In this document: piece after piece, positions 25,458 to 32,000 of the stretch
Numbering within the stretch: position 1 is the stretch's first letter
How the letters are laid out: each line of letters starts with the position of its first letter
Source of the DNA: Nitrosomonas europaea
Lineage (GTDB): Bacteria; Pseudomonadota; Gammaproteobacteria; Burkholderiales; Nitrosomonadaceae
Direction of reading: 5' to 3'
Length of the DNA: 32,000 nt
Assembly (NCBI RefSeq): GCF_900167395.1
Contig: NZ_FUWK01000007.1
Span: forward strand, 1-32,000
Position numbers and translations under genes: made by a program
Notes under the pieces: model-generated
The model's input: only the letters and a program-made list of their open reading frames with translations
Databases searched by the model: none
What the model was told of the DNA's origin: nothing

Positions 25458-28355
25458 ATGGTGCAGCAACTTCTGACGCCGCATCAAAGCCAGTACATCG
25501 CCTGGCAGCTTACTCGCCGGGCAGCCAAAGACAGCGTAGAGTCGCTGGCCTCGACGTTGGTTGATTCTCAGGTTGACCTCAACCCGCACCAGGTCGATGC
25601 AGCTCTCTTCGCATGCCGTAATCCGCTGTCGCGTGGTGTGATCCTGGCGGACGAGGTAGGGTTGGGCAAGACGATTGAAGCGGGGCTGGTCATTTCCCAA
25701 CATTGGGCAGAGCGGCGTCGCAAGATGCTCATCATCGTGCCTGCCAACCTGCGCAAGCAATGGCACCAGGAATTGCAGGACAAGTTCAATCTTCAGGGGT
25801 TGGTCCTCGAAGCGAAAAACTATAACGCCATGCGCAAGGAAGGTGTCACGCAACCCTTTCTGCATGCAGGCGGGCCGATCATCTGTTCCTACCAGTTCGC
25901 CAAAGCCAAGGCCGATGACCTCAGGCGCATCCATTGGGATCTGGTGGTCATGGATGAAGCCCACCGTCTGCGCAATGTCTACAAGAACGGCAACGTCATT
26001 GCCCGGACGATCCGCGATGCGCTGGAGCACGTCGATGCGAAAGTCCTGCTGACGGCCACACCGCTGCAAAACACCCTGCTGGAGCTTTACGGCCTGGTGA
26101 GCATGATAGACGAGCGTGTGTTTGGCGATCTCGATAGTTTCCGAACTCAATTTTCTGGCGTCAGAACCGAACAATCCAACCGGGCACTGCGAGAGCGGTT
26201 GACGCCGCTTTGCAAGCGCACGCTGCGCCGGCAAGTCCAACAGTACGTGCCGTATACCGCACGTATCGCCATCGTCGAAGAATTCACGCCCAGCCAGGAA
26301 GAGCAGCAGCTCTCCGCATTGGTCGCCGATTACCTGCGCCGCCCTAACCTCAAGGCACTGCCTGAAGGCCAGCGTCAACTGATCTCGTTGGTGCTATGGA
26401 AGCTACTGGCCTCGTCCAGCCACGCCATTGCCGGGGCGCTGGAGACCATGGCCAATCGTCTTCAAGGACAATTGGATGAGTTGCCTGATGTCCCTGACCT
26501 GACAGAGTCGCTGGATGACGACTACGAAGGACTGGATGAAACTGCCGACGAGTGGAATGGCGCAACCGCCAATGATGCCGATGCCAGCGCCAACGAACGA
26601 GCAGCCATTGCCGACGAAGCGGCCGAACTTCGACGCTTCAAGGAGTTGGCTACGAGCATTCGACAGAATGCCAAAGGGCAGGCGCTGCTGACAGCACTGG
26701 ACAAGGCTTTTGCCGAGCTGGAGCGTTTAGGAGCGAGCAAGAAGGCCATCATTTTCACCGAGTCCAAGCGCACCCAGAATTACCTGCTTTCCCTGTTGGC
26801 TGAAACACCCTACGGCATCGTGCTGTTCAACGGCACCAACACCGATGCCAGGGCGCAGGCCATTTACAAAGACTGGCTGCAACGGCATGAAGGCAGCGAT
26901 CGCATTACTGGCTCCAAAACCGCTGACACCCGCGCCGCGCTGGTTGAGCACTTCAAGGAGCGCGGCACCATCATGATCGCCACGGAGGCAGGCGCGGAAG
27001 GCATCAACCTCCAGTTCTGCTCTCTGGTCATCAATTACGACCTGCCGTGGAATCCACAGCGTATCGAACAGCGCATCGGTCGCTGCCACCGTTACGGGCA
27101 AAAGCACGATGTGGTGGTGGTCAACTTCGTGGACCGCAGCAACGAGGCGGATGCCCGTGTCTATCAGCTGCTGTCGCAGAAGTTCAAGCTGTTCGAAGGC
27201 GTATTCGGCGCCAGTGACGAAGTGCTGGGAGCCATTGGCTCCGGTGTGGATTTCGAGCGGCGGATCGCCGCCATCTACCAAAATTGTCGCGAACCCGAAG
27301 AAATCCGCAGCCGCTTCGAAGACCTCCAGCGCGAGCTTTCCAGCGAGATCGACGAAGCGATGCTCAGAACACGGCAGCTTCTGCTGGAGAATTTCGACGA
27401 GGAGGTGCAGGAGAAACTGCGCATCCACAGCCAGGACAGCCAGGCAGTGCTGAACAAGTACGAGCGCCTGCTGATGGACTTGAGCCGCACGGAATTGCGG
27501 GATCATGCCCGCTTTGATACTGCCGAAGAGGTCAATGGCTTTGTCCTGCACAGCCTGCCCGATGGGCTAGGTCTCGCCACTGGCAGCCGAGAACAGGCAG
27601 TGATGGCGGGGCGCTATGAACTGCCCAGACGCAGCGGCGATGCGCATCTTTACCGTATGGGCCATCCCTTGGCGGAATGGGCCATTGAGCGCGCCAAGGC
27701 AAGAGACCTACAAGCCCCTGCACGATTGGCGTTCGACTACGCCGCCTATGGCAAACGGCTCGTCAGCCTTGAAAAATGGCGCGGCCAGTGTGGCTGGCTG
27801 AGCGTGACCCTTTTGTCCGTCGAAACCCTGAACGATCAGGAGCAGCACCTGGTTGTTTCCGCCTGCACCCAAGCGGGGGAAGCGCTGCCAGAGGACGATC
27901 CAGAAAAACTGCTGCGCCTGCCAGCGCAGGTCGAAGGCGACGCGCACCTGCAAGTATGTGCCGAGCTCGTCGCCAACGTCGAAAGCCGGAAAAGCGTACT
28001 TCTGCGCGGGATCAATCAGCGCAATCTGGGCTACTTCGAGCAAGAGGTGCAAAAGCTCGATACTTGGGCCGATGACCTGAAGCTCGGGCTGGAGCAGGAA
28101 ATCAAGGCCATCGACGGCGAGATCAAGGAGGTGCGCCGCACCGCCGCTGCGTCACCCACGCTGGAAGAAAAGCTGGCACATCAGAAACGCCAGCGAGAAC
28201 TGGAAACCAGGCGCAGCAAACTACGCCGCGACCTGTTTGCGCGGCAGGATGAGGTGGAAGAGCAGCGGAACAAGCTGATTGGGGAGTTGGAAGAGCAGCT
28301 CAAGCAGCAGGTAGCGGAACGCATGTTGTTTACCGTCGAATGGGAGTTGACGTAA
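25458..28355 (+). CDS. SNF2-family (SF2) DNA helicase/translocase with a ~330-aa C-terminal extension ending in a coiled coil
   Basis: Motif I ILADEVGLGKT (~25641-25673), motif II DEAH (25953-25964), motif III LLLTATPLQN, motif V ATEAGAEGINLQ, and motif VI QRIGRCHRYGQ (~27069-27101). The C-terminus EIKAIDGEIKEVRR...RQDEVEEQRNKLIGELEEQLKQQ is heptad-like. Confidence 0.9.
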   Translation: MVQQLLTPHQSQYIAWQLTRRAAKDSVESLASTLVDSQVDLNPHQVDAALFACRNPLSRGVILADEVGLGKTIEAGLVISQHWAERRRKMLIIVPANLRKQWHQELQDKFNLQGLVLEAKNYNAMRKEGVTQPFLHAGGPIICSYQFAKAKADDLRRIHWDLVVMDEAHRLRNVYKNGNVIARTIRDALEHVDAKVLLTATPLQNTLLELYGLVSMIDERVFGDLDSFRTQFSGVRTEQSNRALRERLTPLCKRTLRRQVQQYVPYTARIAIVEEFTPSQEEQQLSALVADYLRRPNLKALPEGQRQLISLVLWKLLASSSHAIAGALETMANRLQGQLDELPDVPDLTESLDDDYEGLDETADEWNGATANDADASANERAAIADEAAELRRFKELATSIRQNAKGQALLTALDKAFAELERLGASKKAIIFTESKRTQNYLLSLLAETPYGIVLFNGTNTDARAQAIYKDWLQRHEGSDRITGSKTADTRAALVEHFKERGTIMIATEAGAEGINLQFCSLVINYDLPWNPQRIEQRIGRCHRYGQKHDVVVVNFVDRSNEADARVYQLLSQKFKLFEGVFGASDEVLGAIGSGVDFERRIAAIYQNCREPEEIRSRFEDLQRELSSEIDEAMLRTRQLLLENFDEEVQEKLRIHSQDSQAVLNKYERLLMDLSRTELRDHARFDTAEEVNGFVLHSLPDGLGLATGSREQAVMAGRYELPRRSGDAHLYRMGHPLAEWAIERAKARDLQAPARLAFDYAAYGKRLVSLEKWRGQCGWLSVTLLSVETLNDQEQHLVVSACTQAGEALPEDDPEKLLRLPAQVEGDAHLQVCAELVANVESRKSVLLRGINQRNLGYFEQEVQKLDTWADDLKLGLEQEIKAIDGEIKEVRRTAAASPTLEEKLAHQKRQRELETRRSKLRRDLFARQDEVEEQRNKLIGELEEQLKQQVAERMLFTVEWELT

Positions 28356-31300
28356 TGGCAAAACGAGAAATTTCCCGAGGTTCGCTCTGGAATCAATGGG
28401 ATCTGCATGTGCACACGCCAGCTTCATTCCACTGGTTGGGGAAGAAATTTGAGGGCGACCTGTCATCTGATGTCAATAAGGCGCTAGTGGATGAAATGAT
28501 TGATGCCATGAACAAGGCAGAACCTGCGGTTTTTGCCATCATGGATTATTGGACATTCGATGGTTGGTTCGCGCTCAAGCGACGGCTTGCAGAACAAGAC
28601 TCTCCTAAGCTTCACAAGAAAGTGTTCCCTGGAATCGAGCTGCGCCTTTCTGCCCCTACTGCGATAAGACTTAATGCTCATGTTGTTTTTTCGGATGAAA
28701 TCCCCGACCAACACCTCAAGGATTTCTTGGCAGATCTTAAGATTGAGCGGACTGGCCGTTCTGTCTCCAAAGATGCACTTATTGCCCTGGCCAGAGCAAC
28801 TGCCCCGGACATGCTTGAAAAGAAAGGGCATAAAAAAGATGTAGTAGTTACCGATGATGCGGATGCCCTTTTGGCCGGGTACAAGTTGGCTGAGATTAAA
28901 GCTGATAGCTACAAAGATGCTATATCAAAGGTCCCCAATGGATTGGCGATTGGTTTTATGCCATATGACACGAGTGATGGCTTGGCGGAGGTCAAATGGG
29001 AGGAGCATTACTCATATTTCCTTGGGCTTTTGGAGTCATCGCCAATTTTTGAATCCAGAAATCTGGAGCTTAGGTTCGCCTTCCTTTGTGAGGAGACGGA
29101 GAAGAACAAGGGCTGGATCGGAAATTTCAAGCATGGTCTGAAAGGAATTCCAAGGCTTGTGGTTGCTGGCAGTGATGCGCACTGCTTTATTGGCACTCCT
29201 GGAGATAACGACAAGCGCGGCTATGGTGACTTCCCGTCAGGAAAGAAAACCTGGATTAAAGCCGATCCATCGTTTCGTGGCCTAAAGCAAGCCATTCTTG
29301 AGCCTGCCAAACGCTCTTTCATTGGGCAGAAGCCCCCAAAATTACAAGAGATCGAATCCAACAAGGTTTATTACATCGACTCGCTGGAGGTCGCTAAGAC
29401 TGGCAGCGAGTCGGATATTGGTAAATGGCTGGATGGCTGTGACATTCCGCTGAACCCCGATCTTGTTGCAGTCATTGGTAACAAGGGCAGTGGTAAGAGT
29501 GCGTTAGCGGATGTCATTGCGACACTTGGAAATTCCAAGCAATCAAGGCACTTCAGCTTTTTGAGGAAAGAACGTTTTCTTGGGAAGGCTGGCGAGCCTG
29601 CACGCCACTTCACAGGTACTTTGACATGGTGCGATGAAAGCACTGAGGCGCGGCCACTCAATGAGTTACCTTCGGAAGAGAAGCCGGAACTGGTTCGCTA
29701 CATCCCTCAAGGCTACTTCGAGGAACTTTGCAATGAACACGTTTCTGGAAAATCGAATGCATTCGAGAAAGAACTGCGTGCCGTTATCTTTTCGCACACA
29801 AGTGAGGAGATGCGGCTTGGAGCGCTCGACTTCGATCAGTTAACTGAACAGCAGGAGCAATCGCTCAGAAACCGACTGGGCGAGTATCGCAAGGTGTTGT
29901 CATCCATCAATGCTGATATTGTGCGCATTGAAGAGCAGCTTCAGCCTATTGAGTTAGAAAGGTTGAATGAACTTCTTTTGCTGAAGATCAAACAAATTGA
30001 TGAGCATGAAAAGCTAAGGCCAGTGGAGGTCGCCGCGCCAGCAGAAGCGCTAGATCCAGAACAAAAGAAAGCTTCGGAAGAGCTGGTTTCAATAAACCAA
30101 AAAATAGAATCATCCCAAAAGCGTTCACAAGAGATTGCGTTGGAGAACACCGATCTCGCCAAGCGGCAAAAGGCTATCACCAATATCCGCGAACAGTTGA
30201 GATTATTTCAGCGCGCATTCGAGCAGGCGCAACAGACTGTCTCCGATGACCTGAAAATTCTGGGTATCACATGGCCTGATTTAGCTGTTATTGATATCAA
30301 ACAGCATATCCTTGATGAAAAATCGGCAGAAATTTCCAAGAAACAGGAACAGTTGAAGAGCGAAGCTGAAAAGATTGCCGAAGAGCTGAAGGAGAGTGTC
30401 GCATCGCAGCAAAGTTTTACGGCGAAATTGAATGCTCCCCAGCAGCAATTCGAAGCGTACCAGCAACAACTTTCCGAATGGAACAAAAAGCTGGCTTATC
30501 TGAAAGGTTCACCTACCGAGCCCGAAACCAAGGTCGGCTTGGAAACTCGTATTGAACAGATCAAGATGTTGCCGGAACAGCACACGGAGTTGGAAGAAAA
30601 ACGCTTGCGCCTATCTGGTGAGATTTTCGACACATTAGACGCACAGCGCAAAGCACGCGAAGAGCTTTTCAAACCGGTGCAAGATCTGATCCAGAAAAAC
30701 AGCTTGATACGTGAGGATTACAAGCTGCAGTTTCAGGCAACGCTTGCAGCCTCTTCGGAGGCTATCGCCGATCAGTTGTTTGCGCTAATCAAGCAGACTT
30801 GGGGGGATTTCCGAGGTCAGGACGAGGCGCCTTCGACGATTAGAAAACTGTTTGACAACTACGATTTGAACTCCAAAGAGGGGGCTCTGGCATTCATCGC
30901 CGCCTTGCAGGAAAAGGTTCAAGAAGCCTCAACGCTCTCCGGTGCGACTGTTGGAATTTTTAATCTGGTCAAGAAGGGGCAGTCTGCTATATCAGTATAT
31001 GACTTGATCTTTGGGTTGAACTTCCTTGAGCCGAGATATTCGTTGCTGTTCCAGGACACGCAGATTGAGCAGCTATCGCCCGGTCAACGCGGTGCATTAC
31101 TGCTGATTTTCTATTTGTTGGTGGACAAGGGTAAGACACCGATTATCCTCGACCAGCCAGAAGAAAACTTGGACAATGAGACAGTATTCCGGTTGCTTGT
31201 TCCGGTGCTTTCCGAAGCCAAGAAGCAACGGCAGATCATCATGGTCACGCACAATCCGAACTTGGCGGTTGTGTGCGATGCAGAGCAAATCATCTACGCA

Positions 31301-31438
31301 AAGTTTGATCGTGCTGACAATTCAACGGTCAGCTATGAATCCGGCGCTATCGAGAACTCCAATCTGAATGGAATTGTTGTAACAATTCTAGAAGGGACGA
31401 AGCCGGCATTCGACAACCGTTCCGGGAAGTATCACTAA
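28355..31438 (+). CDS. Fusion protein: N-terminal PHP-family metal-dependent phosphoesterase plus Rad50/SbcC/SMC-like coiled-coil ABC ATPase
   Basis: ATG 28355 shares one base with the helicase TAA (TAATG). PHP motifs are WDLHVHTP (28406-28414 codes HVH), GIELR, NAHVVF and GSDAH (29168-29182). ABC motifs are Walker A GNKGSGKS (29477-29500), signature LSPGQRG (31073-31093), Walker B IILDQPE (31142-31162) and H-loop VTHNP (31244-31258). About 530 aa separate Walker A from the signature, and that stretch is rich in heptad-like E/K/Q/L sequence. Confidence 0.85.
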   Translation: MAKREISRGSLWNQWDLHVHTPASFHWLGKKFEGDLSSDVNKALVDEMIDAMNKAEPAVFAIMDYWTFDGWFALKRRLAEQDSPKLHKKVFPGIELRLSAPTAIRLNAHVVFSDEIPDQHLKDFLADLKIERTGRSVSKDALIALARATAPDMLEKKGHKKDVVVTDDADALLAGYKLAEIKADSYKDAISKVPNGLAIGFMPYDTSDGLAEVKWEEHYSYFLGLLESSPIFESRNLELRFAFLCEETEKNKGWIGNFKHGLKGIPRLVVAGSDAHCFIGTPGDNDKRGYGDFPSGKKTWIKADPSFRGLKQAILEPAKRSFIGQKPPKLQEIESNKVYYIDSLEVAKTGSESDIGKWLDGCDIPLNPDLVAVIGNKGSGKSALADVIATLGNSKQSRHFSFLRKERFLGKAGEPARHFTGTLTWCDESTEARPLNELPSEEKPELVRYIPQGYFEELCNEHVSGKSNAFEKELRAVIFSHTSEEMRLGALDFDQLTEQQEQSLRNRLGEYRKVLSSINADIVRIEEQLQPIELERLNELLLLKIKQIDEHEKLRPVEVAAPAEALDPEQKKASEELVSINQKIESSQKRSQEIALENTDLAKRQKAITNIREQLRLFQRAFEQAQQTVSDDLKILGITWPDLAVIDIKQHILDEKSAEISKKQEQLKSEAEKIAEELKESVASQQSFTAKLNAPQQQFEAYQQQLSEWNKKLAYLKGSPTEPETKVGLETRIEQIKMLPEQHTELEEKRLRLSGEIFDTLDAQRKAREELFKPVQDLIQKNSLIREDYKLQFQATLAASSEAIADQLFALIKQTWGDFRGQDEAPSTIRKLFDNYDLNSKEGALAFIAALQEKVQEASTLSGATVGIFNLVKKGQSAISVYDLIFGLNFLEPRYSLLFQDTQIEQLSPGQRGALLLIFYLLVDKGKTPIILDQPEENLDNETVFRLLVPVLSEAKKQRQIIMVTHNPNLAVVCDAEQIIYAKFDRADNSTVSYESGAIENSNLNGIVVTILEGTKPAFDNRSGKYH

Positions 31439-31439
31439 T

Positions 31440-32000
31440 ATGGCAAGTAACCAAAAACTCGAACTCACCTGGATTGGAAAGGAGAAGCGGGCCAAGCTAG
31501 AACCGCGCATCCTGCTCGAAGATCCTGAGAAGTCTTATCATGCCAAGCAGCGTGTTTCGGAGAGTGACGTCTTCGACAACCGGCTGATTTTCGGTGATAA
31601 CCTGCTGGCTCTGAAGGCATTGGAGCAAGAGTTTGCGGGTGAGGTGAAGTGTGTATTTATTGATCCTCCTTACAACACCGGCAGCGCGTTCACACACTAT
31701 GACGACGGGTTGGAGCATTCCATCTGGCTGGGATTGATGCGGGATCGGCTGGAGATCATTAAGCGGCTATTGTCGAATGATGGTTCGTTGTGGATCACAA
31801 TTGATGACAATGAATGCCATTATCTCAAAGTGCTATGCGATGAGATTTTTGGACGAGCCAACTACAAGACTACGATTACATGGCAAAGAAAATACAGCGT
31901 CAGTAATAATTTTCAGGGTATAGCAAGTATCTGCGATTTCGTGCTTGTTTATTCCAAAAGTGAAGCATTCAAAAATAATCTGCTTCCGAGAAGCGAGGAG
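31440..32000 (+). CDS. Type III Mod-like / beta-class (N6-adenine or N4-cytosine) DNA methyltransferase, 3'-truncated by the window edge
   Basis: This ORF is not in the ORF track; I translated it by hand. ATG 31440 lies 1 nt after the ATPase stop. The product begins MASNQKLELTWIGKEKRAKLEPR and contains NRLIFGDNLLALKAL and VFIDPPYNTG (motif IV, DPPY). The frame stays open to base 32000. The LxWxGK ... GDNL ... IDPPYNTG order matches type III Mod proteins such as EcoP15I Mod. Confidence 0.88.
   Translation, partial: MASNQKLELTWIGKEKRAKLEPRILLEDPEKSYHAKQRVSESDVFDNRLIFGDNLLALKALEQEFAGEVKCVFIDPPYNTGSAFTHYDDGLEHSIWLGLMRDRLEIIKRLLSNDGSLWITIDDNECHYLKVLCDEIFGRANYKTTITWQRKYSVSNNFQGIASICDFVLVYSKSEAFKNNLLPRSEE

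Noticed and set aside
25326-26378. A 350-aa ORF on the minus strand, with a similar 274-aa minus-strand ORF at 26727-27551
   Set aside because: Both lie entirely antisense to the SNF2 helicase gene, whose helicase motifs are unambiguous. Their translations are Arg/Leu/Gln-rich with no recognisable motifs. They are typical shadow ORFs of a GC-rich coding region.
1-32000. A scan for CRISPR arrays, rRNA genes, IS elements/transposases, integrases and long tandem repeats
   Set aside because: None was recognised by eye. The only repeats found are the short ones reported above. A computational repeat search could still reveal dispersed REP-like copies that I cannot detect manually.

Overview
The window looks like a chromosomal segment from a Nitrosomonas-like betaproteobacterium. 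The organism call rests on the cytochrome c554 / cM552 (cycA-cycB) pair at the left edge and is an inference. About 25 kb is conserved housekeeping, nearly all on the + strand: miaB-ybeZ-ybeY-corC, rpoE-rseA-like-degP/mucD, a glutaredoxin-like gene, lepA-lepB-DUF4845-rnc-era-pdxJ-acpS-nagZ, a stand-alone lpdA and a small secreted coiled-coil ORF. mrcA (PBP1A) lies on the - strand, divergent from pilMNOPQ, whose gene junctions are all ATGA overlaps. Directly after a GC-rich terminator hairpin downstream of pilQ (about 25.39 kb) the content switches to an accessory operon that runs off the right edge. It encodes a 965-aa SNF2-family helicase, a 1027-aa fusion of an N-terminal PHP phosphoesterase domain to a Rad50/SbcC-like coiled-coil ABC ATPase, and a type III Mod-like (DPPY) DNA methyltransferase cut at 32000. 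The three genes are translationally coupled (TAATG overlap, then TAA-T-ATG). The visible part has no Res, HsdR/S, PglZ/BrxC or DrmA/B/C-type partner. I consider this the most interesting feature: a candidate non-canonical methylation-linked defence system in which the PHP-ABC fusion may be the nuclease effector. Secondary observations are a tRNA/tmRNA-like T-arm fragment with hairpins after corC, interleaved stems in the convergent 3' region before mrcA, short repeats upstream of lepA and era, and missing synteny partners (rseB, recO, lnt). No rRNA, intact tRNA, CRISPR array, transposase or integrase was recognised.
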